Assembly: GCF_001194135.2 (NCBI RefSeq)
Contig: NC_068983.1
Location: forward strand, 127,636,499-127,680,893
DNA from: Octopus bimaculoides
Lineage: Eukaryota
Direction of reading: 5' to 3'
Length of the DNA: 44,395 bases
Within the stretch, counting starts at the first letter, position 1, and each line of letters starts with the position of its first letter. The notes under the pieces were generated by a model. It saw nothing but the letters and a program-made list of their open reading frames with translations, was not told the origin of the DNA and ran no database searches. The position numbers and the translations under genes are program-made. Shown here one piece after another: positions 12,944 to 23,917 of the stretch.

Positions 12944-13862
12944 TTATGTTTGACTTTTGTTTTGCATTTGTACAAGTTGGATCCAAGTCTCGCCCAGAGA
13001 CCTCAAGAGACAACAAGTTAGAAGTTCATGTAGATGTTATGCCTAGCGTANNNNNNNNNNNNNNNNNNNNNNNNNNNNNNNNNNNNNNNNNNNNNNNNNN
13101 NNNNNNNNNNNNNNNNNNNNNNNNNNNNNNNNNNNNNNNNNNNNNNNNNNNNNNNNNNNNNNNNNNNNNNNNNNNNNNNNNNNNNNNNNNNNNNNNNNNN
13201 NNNNNNNNNNNNNNNNNNNNNNNNNNNNNNNNNNNNNNNNNNNNNNNNNNNNNNNNNNNNNNNNNNNNNNNNNNNNNNNNNNNNNNNNNNNNNNNNNNNN
13301 NNNNNNNNNNNNNNNNNNNNNNNNNNNNNNNNNNNNNNNNNNNNNNNNNNNNNNNNNNNNNNNNNNNNNNNNNNNNNNNNNNNNNNNNNNNNNNNNNNNN
13401 NNNNNNNNNNNNNNNNNNNNNNNNNNNNNNNNNNNNNNNNNNNNNNNNNNNNNNNNNNNNNNNNNNNNNNNNNNNNNNNNNNNNNNNNNNNNNNNNNNNN
13501 NNNNNNNNNNNNNNNNNNNNNATATTACCCAGTGAATATATTGTGCAGCTCTATCATGCCTGTTGAGCTACTCTGTAGGCGCAATCAGACTGCACATGGA
13601 GACAACATGATCGATAGTCTCATTTTGTTGTTGGCATATACGACATAATGGGGAGCTGCCGTTCTTTAATATGTTGGCCTGGTAGTTCTTTGTAGGTAGG
13701 CATTGATCTTGGGCTGCTATGATAAACCCCTCTGTTTCTGATTTCAAGCCAGAGGCCATTAACCATTGGTGGGTAAGGGCTTTGTCAATATCTGCATTAT
13801 TCGCTCTCTTTGGGTATTTGCCATTGAGAGGTTTTCCATGCCCTTTTTCAGTCATAATAGCT
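12944..13862 (-). mobile_element. 5'-truncated R4/Dong-clade RLE LINE (spans gap 13051-13520)
   Basis: ORF 13568..13855: GKPLNGKYP...WLMASGLKSETEGFIIAAQDQCLPT...CRICQQQNETIDHVVSMC (CCHC finger of RLE LINEs), then *LNRHDR. 3' UTR runs into (TAA)n, with a short TAA run at the 5' junction (about 13867-13878). Confidence 0.9.
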
Positions 13863-14036
13863 AAGTATTATTATTATATAAATGAGTAAAGTTATTCGCC
13901 GCGTCAAAACATATTACTACTAGTTTAACCACAGGCAGATCTTCCACCAGCTGGTTATCGGTGCTACACTGCACCCTCTATATACAATATATATTGATTG
14001 CACGGGGAGCGAAAACCTACCATAGTCTGGCAGACA

Positions 14037-14099
14037 CCAGGATAGCGAGACTGTTTCAGTTTCGAGCTGCTTGGTTTATCCTCAGTCGTGAGTTCCTGG
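14037..14099 (-). ncRNA. Candidate type I hammerhead ribozyme (helix II degenerate)
   Basis: Minus strand reads CCAGGA-ACUCA-CGA-CUGAGGA-UAAACCAAGCAGCUC-GAAA-CUG-AAA-CAG-UC^UCG-CUA-UCCUGG. Both conserved cores are in type I order, with a GUC cleavage triplet, helix III (A-U plus CUG/CAG) and helix I (CGA/UCG plus CCAGGA/UCCUGG). Folded by hand. Confidence 0.7.
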
Positions 14100-14874
14100 C
14101 CTCAAGAGCGATAGCAACGGCTCGCTCTCACCACAAATATATTGCAAACAAACCGACCATCGGTCACTGATTTACAACAAGTAAAATAGCTAGTCGTAAA
14201 ATCTCGATATCAGAGTAGTATATGTAAATGCATGTATGTGTGCGTTGGTGTATGTGTGTGGGTGTGCATGTGTGTTTATATGTATATATATATGTGTGTA
14301 CATATGTGTGTGCATGAGTCTGTGTGTGTATATACTACAATTTCGAGTTTCTTTTCGGTGACTATATTCATTTCCAGTTTTCTTTTCCCTCCTTCCTTTC
14401 TCTCTCTTACTCGCTTCCTCCTTCTCCCAACTCTTCTCTTTTGATAAAAAAAAAAACATTTGTATCTATATCATGTGATTAATAGAAATGAATAAATTTG
14501 TGAAGTTTAAAATTTTAAATAATTTTGAATATGTAAAAGAAACTAAGAGACCTAGTTAAACTTAATACTTAAAAATTGAAATTTTATGATTTGTATTAAC
14601 TTCATCTCTATGAAAATATAGACAAATTAGATTCAAAAGATTCTAGGTAAATACCCATTTTTATTAACATTGCTAAACTCCAAGTAATGTATTCTCACAT
14701 ATGTACGTAAAACAGATAGAGCAACAACATGTTGCCATAAACAAATGAATATTTGAGCCATTATATAAGGACAAGTGTATGCACAGAAAAATGTATAAAA
14801 ATGTTATGCCGTGTTCAGTCGAGAAGATAATAGCCAAAAGAAGGTTGCAGAAAACTGGTAAAACTTACTTGTTT

Positions 14875-14922
14875 TATGTGAAGTACATATCTATGTGAAG
14901 TACCTATCTATGCGAAGTATAT
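14875..14922. repeat. 17-bp tandem repeat (TATGTGAAGTAC(A/C)TATC) x ~2.8
   Basis: Units start at 14875, 14892 and 14909. Confidence 0.85.
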
Positions 14923-14956
14923 ATTCTGAAATAAAATTAGATGCAAGTACCTATGA

Positions 14957-15245
14957 GGGCACATGGCTTGTTTGTTAGAGTGTTGCATTTGATACATCGA
15001 GACCGTGGCATTAATTCTTAGATCGGTTAGTGCTTTGTATTCTTTTGCAAAACGCTTCAGCTCACGTTGCTCTGCAATCACACCTGATTTGTGATACACC
15101 GTGCATCTATTCAGAGAATGTCGATTTGATGGAGGGAGTGATCTAACGTAGAGCACATGCAATTGATAGCTGTAAACAAAGCATTTGTGCAGGTCTTTCG
15201 GCAAATGCTGAACAGCCGTACGTCGTCTTCAATGGGATAGTCTAT
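14957..15245 (+). mobile_element. tRNA-derived SINE (family A), degenerate
   Basis: Head GGCACATGGCTT..GTTAGAGTGTTG..., body TTCTTTTGCAAAACGCTTCAGCTCACGTTGCTC. Appears to be the same family as the inverted copy at 32170-32428. Confidence 0.65.
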
Positions 15246-15292
15246 CATGTACATATATATATGTATATATATATATACATGATATATATACA

Positions 15293-15329
<37 letters not shown>

Positions 15330-15469
15330 NNNNNNNNNNNNNNNNNNNNNNNNNNNNNNNNNNNNNNNNNNNNNNNNNNNNNNNNNNNNNNNNNNNNNNN
15401 NNNNNNNNNNNNNNNNNNNNNNNNNNTCACAAAACAATTGTAGTGAGAGTGTAACACCCAAATATGCTT

Positions 15470-16020
15470 AAGAAACAAAATGGAGAAAAAAGATTAAATA
15501 ACTGAAAAATAAAAGGGATACGTCTGGCAATACCTCAGGAAAACGGAAGGGAAAGACAGGCCTACCACGAGAAAGGGGCTACAAAAATGTGAACTGAAAG
15601 GATACACTGAGTAATTGATATGCAGCACCCAGAAACAAGGTCTAAGAGCTAATTACACCGAGATCTAAATTGATAAGAGCAGTGAGTCACATCTTAGTAG
15701 GAAGCGTTGGGAGGAAAAACGAAACAATCTCACATGTTATGAGTAAGTTTAGCAAACTGGCAGAAAACGAATACAAAACGTGCAAGGTGACTTCTCTAAG
15801 TTTGTTCACCGAAGATTGTGTGAGAAGTATGATCTTGAGAGAACACAAGATGGTACGGGAATTAAGCAGGAGGCTTCACGGAGTGTACGGAGTATTAGGT
15901 ATTGTGGGATTTTACAATCCAGTGTGATTTAGGGATTAATGAATGATGACCGGACATTATTGTAATGGATAAAAGAAGGAAACCAAGATCGTGGATATTG
16001 TCATACACTGAGAACTACGT
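15470..16020 (+). mobile_element. R4-clade RLE LINE fragment A (pre-finger, CCHC region, PD motif)
   Basis: Frameshifted K*KGYVWQY...ELKGYTE...KIDKSSE...GRKNETISHVMSKFSKLAENEYK...LCEKYDLERTQ...WDFTIQCD...PDIIVMDKR. Confidence 0.8.
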
Positions 16021-16024
16021 ACAC

Positions 16025-16685
16025 CGAGTTCCAAATAGATAAGTAGTGTGTGTGGCTGCTAAAATGAAACAATCTCAGATATTGTGAGTGAGAGTAGAAA
16101 CCTGGCCTAAAGACACAAAAGGAGGCATGAAAACGTGACTAAGTTTATTCAGTGGAGATTGTTAGAAAAGTACGGTCTCGGCACAGCAACAAAATGGTAC
16201 AAACATGAAACATAGGGCGTCACTGAGAATAATGGATATAAGATACAGTGATATTTTATAATCCAGTGTATCTCCCTCATCGACTTTCGTGAGACGAGAC
16301 GTTGTTGTGGTGGATAAAAGAAAAAAGGAAACCAAGTTCATGGATATTGCCATACCTGGGCTGCATGCGTAGATGCAAAGATGTGGAAAAGTCGGAATAA
16401 TTTTGTATACGTAAAGAAAGAATTGCCAAAATGTGGACAACGAGGAGAGTAACTGTAGGAGAGTAATTGTAGGTTCGAAAAATATGTCAGAAAAATTGGA
16501 ATTGGCATGAGGACAGAACAGGCCCAAACAACTGCAATACTACAGAAAGCTAGGATTTTGAGATTAATGCCTGTGTGTTGAGTGCCTTCCATGATAAATT
16601 AGCATCCAGGTATCAAAGCCTATTATTTGCTGAAGGAGACACTGTGAAAACGCTGACAACAGGTTGCCGTCCGCTCTTAGAGAAA
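16025..16685 (+). mobile_element. R4-clade RLE LINE fragment B (CCHC region to 3' UTR)
   Basis: CGC*NETISDIVSES...RRHENVTKFIQWRLLEKYG...KWYKH...RRDVVVVDKRKKETKFMDIAIPG...QTTAILQKARILR, then a UTR-like end. Confidence 0.8.
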
Positions 16686-16689
16686 CTAG

Positions 16690-17130
16690 AGCAAGTATGA
16701 CTGAGAGTTATGAGAATTGCAAAATCCTGTGGGATGCAATGATCCAGTGCGATCATCCGACCAGGGGTCGAAAACCGGACACTTTTTTGATGAATAAAAA
16801 AGAAAGAACATGTATGATAATCGACCTAGAATGTCCCGCTGACAACAGGATCAATTTAAAAGAAGAAGAAAAAATAAATAACTAAGACAATTTAAAGTGG
16901 GAAATACGAAGATTGTGGTCAATGAAAAGGGTAGACGTGATACCAATAAAAATTGGTGCACCTGGAAGTGCCAGCACTCAACTACAAGCTTAGCTGAAAA
17001 AGACTGATGCAACTGTGAAGGCAGAACGCCAACAAAAATAAGCATTACTCGGAGCTGAGAGAATTCTTCGCAGAGTTCTTGAAGCATGGCCAGTAAAACA
17101 AGTGTCACCTTAGTCTGCTGGCTGTGCACA
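16690..17130 (+). mobile_element. R4-clade RLE LINE fragment C (endonuclease to 3' UTR)
   Basis: ORF 16664..16885: KILWDAMIQCDHPTRGRKPDTFLMNKKERTCMIIDLECPAD (PD-(D/E)xK RLE), continuing *DNLKWEIRRLWSMKRVDVIPIKIGA...ALLGAERILRRVL. Confidence 0.85.
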
Positions 17131-17179
17131 GCTGACATTTTCCATCATACGCAGCAAAATTAACAGAGAGTTTTCCTAT

Positions 17180-17430
17180 ACTACTACTAGATGAAAGTGT
17201 CTGTCTTTAGCCCTTTCAAACGGGCCCGTTATACTACCTCTTTTGCAACAGCCACTACACAAATAAAAATTGCCTGCCAAAAGAGGGTTGTAGAGAAATA
17301 TTCACAATGGATTCAGCTGATTGACGGATCCGTCCTACACGCGACAGCAAGTGTTCGACATGAACCCATAGGTCAGCAATACTCGGGCAATGGACTAGAA
17401 CGTACAGAACGGTTTCATCGTTCATAGCTT
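17180..17430 (-). mobile_element. L1/Tx1-type LINE ORF2 C-terminal fragment
   Basis: DETVLYVLVHCPSIADLWVHVEHLLSRVGRI...(frameshift)AIFICVVAVAKEVV resembles the L1/Tx1 C-terminal cysteine-rich (zf-RVT-like) region. Confidence 0.65.
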
Positions 17431-19755
17431 CACCATCAGAAGCATCAGTAGCAGTAAGAACAGAAACATCAACAATAGCAAGAAAAGAATCTGCAGCATC
17501 TATACCATCGACTGTAACAAAATGAACCAAAAAGGAGAGGCTCGACTTGACAGTTCTAAAAGCAAGATAGAGTATAAAAAAATATCTTTAAAAACACAGA
17601 CCCTGGTGGTTTTAGACAGTGTGGGTTTACAGATTATAATGCAATGCTGATCGTAACTGAAATTCATTTAAACAAAGATCTGCACAATCACAGACAGCCT
17701 GGGGTTAAAATACAATTAAAAACAACACCAACAATATGTATATGTCGCAATATAGTTTCTTTCCTATTCCATAATCGAGATATATATTTTTCTCTATATT
17801 AAATGGAGAAATATATATATCGAGCGATATGTAAAAGAAACGAATTTTTCTGAAGCTTTAATGTCGGCATTTCTATATATTTTGCCCTATTATCATAACC
17901 AACAATATTTAGAAAAAATTGCTTGTGAATGTAGTTCTATGTATCTAGTTTTTCGTACAATTGATTTCCTTTTTACCGTACCCCGTAGCTAGCCCAACAT
18001 TAGCTAAATGAATAGCCACATATGCAAGATTTCGGCAGTGAAAAAAATAAAACGAAAATATATTTTGCTTGTAAATTATTGATAAAAAGGAGGCTGTGAG
18101 ATTCCAGTTTTGTTTTTTCAGTGGTTCTTGAGATAACTGAACAGACACTCAAGTAATCAATGAAGCAAAAATTGAAATTATTGTTGTTGCTGCTAGTATT
18201 ATTGTTTACCCTCGGGTCATTTCATGTGTAGCAGACTTATGAACAGAATTATTCCAGTTGCAATTATTATGTTATAATTATTTTCCTAAGCAGTGTTCAC
18301 GCATGAGCGGAATATATATATATGTCCTTCTGTTTCTAAATAATCTAGGGCATACTTTGGCGAAGATTTCACTGCTATTTATAGCGGGATGCTCAACCAC
18401 CTACAGGCTCAATGTTGCTTCAGACAAAGACATTAAATATTTTCACAGAATATACAACTGCAGTGAGCTTTAAAAAATATTGCCGTTAGGAATTCAACAT
18501 TTCAGAGCATAACTTTTGCGAAAAGGTAAGTAAAATCGAATGCTCTCCGCTGAATTAATGACAAGTATACACGGGACCAAAACACCACTACATCCCTTGG
18601 ACTATATTTCTTTACCCCAAAAATTATTGGGTGTGTTAAATATGGCCGGGATGGAGCTATAATTTTACAAAAACAGTTCAAAAATCTGCTTCTATTTATC
18701 TTCTAAAAGACTGGATATACAATACATTTTATTCCAAATAATTACCTATATACTGGCGAAATGACAACAAACACGTAACAGTTTTAACCGTGTACAACTC
18801 ACTAATTCTTTATCCATCAATTCCAAACTGGGAAGTAGAGAATAAAAATGCACAGTGTAAGAGATGAGCTATAGTTGTCTACGGTGGCAAATAACTGTGT
18901 CGTTTGTAAATTAGTACTAGTTTCCATCCAAGCTCTTTGTCGAGAGAAAAAAAAAACGAGAATTCTTATCTACCTCGTGTTGTACCGATTAATCTAAATT
19001 TACTAATATTCAAGGTTATTCATCCTTACGGAAGAAAAGTAATATGGTTAAGTCGTACTGATGGCAGGTTCCCAAAATTTGTCAACGAAACCGTCATTTA
19101 TCATAGGGTCTCTGTTTTGACAGTGTGGCTGTTGGCATAAAGGGTAAAAGACTCTTTCTGAAAGTAAAATTACAACGTATATTCTTATAAGATTTGTATG
19201 CAAGATAATTTGAAATGTTTTGAATGAGATGATGTGCAGAATAATAAATTTGTATAAGAATTTAATTTCTCTAATATAATCGAATGCATATTTCACACAC
19301 CATATAAACATTAATTTCTCCTTTTAAGCCTCCAATTTATCATGCAATTTATCACATAATTTACCATTTAAATCCTACAGAGACATAACGTTTAAATACC
19401 TTTAAGAAAGGACAATTAAAACGCTAATTACAAGGATAAAAAACTTTTACCAATGCAATTTTCGTCTAATCCATAGTTTCACGATTACATTTTCATGGAA
19501 CTAACCACAAAGGATAAAAGGAAATGTTTGTTGGATTAAACACCGAAATACTTAGTTAAGATAAATATTTCAAAATATGTAACTCTAGGAATGTTTGAGA
19601 TTGCTCTAGCAATAATAAAACAAATGTCTGGAGATACAGTAAACGTATATATTTAGATATACAGCATAAATATCTCTAGAAACGTTATACGAATATGTGT
19701 AAAATCATTGCACCCATATCCCTAGCAATTAATACTTAGAAGAAACATGTCTAGA

Positions 19756-19761
<6 letters not shown>

Positions 19762-19814
<53 letters not shown>
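19762..19814. repeat. (TA)n microsatellite
   Basis: Visible repeat. Confidence 0.95.
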
Positions 19815-19817
<3 letters not shown>

Positions 19818-20654
19818 AAATAGTAAATGAGTATATGCATATATACGTACAGGTATGTGCATACCGATATTCACCTGTATGTATAGGTGCATATCTGGGT
19901 ACAGGACATTGCAAACAAAACGTAGACAAGAAAACACACAAGCCACATAGAGAACGTTTTCCTTCATCAGCTACCCCCGTTTTAACACCGGCGTTTCGAA
20001 GAGCTATATATATATATTACAGACATCATAAAAGATATACAGATATCTCTAGAGATACTACATATATGCTTTTATTTTTTTAGAATAACGCTAAAAATAC
20101 GGACAAATAACAACAAAAATAAATAAATTAGATATCTGTACATATGCAATAAATTGAATATCTTCGCATATATTAGGTATGTTAAACAAATATCTCTAGA
20201 AATTAATCTTAAATGTATCTAAAAATGTTACATGAATTCTTCTAAATGCATTTCATGCATATCTCTAGAAATATTACTTACAAATTATTAACCGGTTACC
20301 ACATTTACAATGATAGTTTCAAGAATAGCCTCTACGTGATGATTCTGTCAAGTAGAAATATGAATTTTTTTTTATTCAAATCACTCTTTTACACAATGTT
20401 GCCACATTGAAAACAGTACTCTACTAAGAATATTACTTATAATATAACAAAACCGCCATGGCTGAATTGGCTTCGATTATAAAGCTGTGACTTATTCCAG
20501 AGTGACGAAGGCGTAAGCAACAAAACAACAGGTACCAGCAATATACACCAGTGTTCAGATATTTTCAAAATACACACGTAAATTCTCTAAAATCTTACTA
20601 TTCCTTCTTGAAACGTTACATTGTCTAACCACCGAAAGCTTAGGCTTACGTAAA

Positions 20655-20718
20655 TCTATCTATCTATCTACCTACCTACCTACCTACCTACCTACTTACC
20701 TACCTACCTACCTATCTC
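20655..20718. repeat. (TATC)n/(TACC)n microsatellite
   Basis: Visible repeat. Confidence 0.9.
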
Positions 20719-21377
20719 TGTGAATGGACAGTAGAAAAATCGGGCCCAAGGAAGTTGGATTTTTTGTGTAGGAAGACGTTTTATCTGTGAAATATTTTTT
20801 TGTTAAAGGGTGTCTAATAACATGTCCTTCAGCCCCAGTAAATCTTGTGATAGGAAACTACTCCCACTTTCCAAAACTTAAAAAAAAAAATTTCTTCGGT
20901 TTCCTTGCCATATTTCTAAACGAAAATGGCTAAGCCAAACCATGAAGCCGAATTACTACCTCTACCAAAGTTAGAGGTGAAGGAAGCAGAAACCAAAGCC
21001 GTTCCGCTTTAACGCACACATGCTTTAGGAAATACGTACAAAGAAGCGAATTAGTTTACTACTATAAACACTGTCTCCACCACTGCTACCACCACTACCG
21101 TCATCACCATCACAACTAACACGAATACTGAAAACAATTTTGCTGCAGGTTTAAAGCTTTGAAAAAATCGTGTGTATTCGAAGGAAGAACTGCTTGCCTG
21201 CAAAGGAATGTTTAAAAAATAGGAACTCACCATACAACTACAGACACCACAAAACATCACAGAAAAAATCGCAAAAAAAAAAAGATTATTTACAAGACAC
21301 TCAACCTAAAAACAACGCCATACGAAACGGCCACTCAAGAAAATGTAGAAAAGATTTAAGGACCATATAGATCTTTA

Positions 21378-21944
21378 ATGACTACATCACGAGGGGGAAC
21401 AGATTTTCCACGATCGAAGTTAGATTCGACAGTGAAGAAAGGGCCAAGGGCCTCTCCACAAAAGTCCTTTGAATGTGAAAACTTACTGATGATCCCTACA
21501 TGTTTTGGTCGTAATGTCACAAAAATAAAAATAAAAAATGCGCCCAATGAGATAGAAATGAAATGGCTTGTGTCTGCCATTTGTTATGGCATCGAGGACA
21601 AAATCCATATCTTGGAAATCGCTGTCCTGGACCAGCAAACCTGGATTGGCCAAGGAGCTGAAATCCTTGCTCAAAGTGACCCAATGAATTTCGAAAATAT
21701 TCCACATGAAATCCAATTGACAGACGATTCTATTTTGCATGTGGCCGTCGATGGCAGAAAGCCACGTTGCTACGTCTTTAGTAGCAAAGCACACTTAAAA
21801 ATTAGTTTCCCCACTTTCACAAAAACAACAACAGCAGCAACAACAACGATAACAAGATTACGGAAACCAACAACAAACACAAGAAAACCAAAAACCGTTA
21901 AAAAAAACCGGCACTGCTACCTACACCGCCATATGCACAACTAA
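21378..21944 (+). pseudogene. LINE ORF1 (gag-like) remnant
   Basis: 188-aa ORF with a C-x2-C-x4-H-x4-C knuckle in which two Cys read as Phe. Confidence 0.7.
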
Positions 21945-22767
21945 TTAAACAGCTCTAAAAATAAAGGAAGGAACATCAGCAAACAACAAGCCAGCCCAAC
22001 CAAACAATACCACTAGTAGCGCCACCAAGAACAGAAACAACACCATCATCACCACCATCACCAACAACCACAAAGGAAGAAGAGAAAACCAAAAAGACTC
22101 ATACCCCACCCCTCAAAAACCATACACCACATCTCAACAGTCACAAACCAGATCCAACACCAACAACAAAATCAATACACTCAGAAATGGGCCCCAATAC
22201 CCTTCCCCCTCCAAACTTCTGATTCCTCCGACAAGTAAGATAAAGACAACACAGAGGTTTGGCATGTAACCACAGGGGGAAGGAGAAAAACAATAGAAAA
22301 GCAGACAAACAAAGGGGAGAGGTTTACCACTTCCGAAACCAAAATGCCCGCAGAAAACAGAAATATCAACACAAACACACTAACATCAAATCCCCCAACA
22401 ATGTTGACAGATATAAACACCATCAATCTTGACAGCTATAAACACCAACAATCTAGACCTAATCGAATACATTATGTCAAGCACCAATATAACAGAAAAT
22501 GACACCGAAACAAATAATCACCAACGCACAACATCACCACAACACATTAAAATCATACACATAACACAGAACACGCACAGAGCACTGAAAACTCTCTACC
22601 CGGATGCAGTAGGGAGATTTCAAAAATACCTCTCTAATAAACTATACAAAATCTTCTGGGAGAAGACTGTGAGGTGAAGGACAAACGACATTCGGGCAGT
22701 AAGTAACTCTCTCTCCCTTTTTCTTTCGTTTTCCTTTCGTGCGAAAAAGACACGTTTCGATAGGAAT

Positions 22768-23510
22768 ATGCTAAAAGTAGGTAGTATAAATGAGCGTGGC
22801 TTGGGGGCGCCTTAGAAAGAAGGCTACCTGTTAAACAGCATCACATTACAGATTTTGCATATCATAACCATGAGCGAGACAAGTCTCCACAGCCCGCGTG
22901 CCTTGTAGCATATGTTCGGCAGATACTTCCGTGTCTGCCGAGAATGGGTGGAGGTGGCACCGCGGTGTTTCTTCAGAAGAGTCTGGGCCTCAAAATAAGA
23001 GCAATATTCCTAGACCCGGAGGGTAGGCTGGTCGACTTGGATGTCGATGGCAGTAATGAGTGTGCTTTTCGACTGATAACAGTTTATGCACCGTCCTCAA
23101 CAGGTCGGCCTGATTTCTTTCGACGTCTAGAGGTTCTCATGGGAACGTCTCGACCTTTACATTTAGTGGGGGATCGGAACGCTATTCTGGATACGTATCT
23201 AGATACGTATCTAGATACGTGGGCAGAGATAGTAATAAGAGGGGATGTAAATGCCTCAAATACCTGCTAAGACGTTTTCAACCGTCTAACAGGTATCGAA
23301 TGACAACCCTAATGTACCAATGTGGACATGGAGCAAACCGCATCGGGTCGTCCGGATCGTATATAGATAGAGTATTCTGTAGGACAGTGGATAGTGATAG
23401 TGTAGGTTGTCCACAACTCTATATTGTCAGCTACACAAATCACACATTTGCGACTTGTACACTTGACTTAGATAAGACACATAGGCAGTGTCCCAGATAC
23501 TGAAAGCTGA
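22768..23510 (+). pseudogene. LINE ORF2 apurinic-like endonuclease remnant
   Basis: ORFs 22944..23270 and 23219..23503 carry the VYAP, GDxNA and SxIDR motifs, with stops and frameshifts. Confidence 0.85.
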
Positions 23511-23879
23511 ATGCGTAGGCTTACAGGGACCGGATTAGCATATTATTTAAAAGAGAATTGACGGGCGCCAAAAGATAGATGATGGCATGCCCTAAAGAAA
23601 GCAATTAAAGCAGAATCGGTTAGGTACAGTAAGGACCTAGCATTAGACCGAAATAAAATAGAGTGAGACCTAGAAGTGGCACTTAGAACAACGTACTGGC
23701 GGCAAGGTTGTCCCTCGACCAAGAAACACTTTAACGTCAAACACGAAAAATGCGTTGTCCGAGCTAGGACGGGTGATCTGAGGAACGAAGGAGTTGGAGC
23801 CGCCCGAGAGGCCCGAGTAGCAGCGGCGCATCGAGGCATCAAAGCCAGATGAACAGGGTCACTAATTACTCGCTAATTA

Positions 23880-23917
<38 letters not shown>

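Larger units (their letters stand above)
21050..23870 (+). mobile_element. L1/Tx1-type LINE, 5' half (ORF1 plus APE endonuclease of ORF2), decayed, ending near a (CT)n tract and gap
   Basis: ORF1-like 21378..21944 has a degenerate zinc knuckle (DGRKPRCYVFSSKAHLKISFP) and Thr/Lys-rich tail. ORF2 from about 22768 has APE motifs: KVGSINERGL, ITMSET, RLITVYAPS, LVGDRNAILD, SYIDRVF, SYTNH. Confidence 0.85.

Noticed and set aside
18490-18525. 36-nt micro-exon ending in AAG|GTAAGT
   Set aside because: The acceptor lacks a polypyrimidine tract and there is no partner exon or homology.
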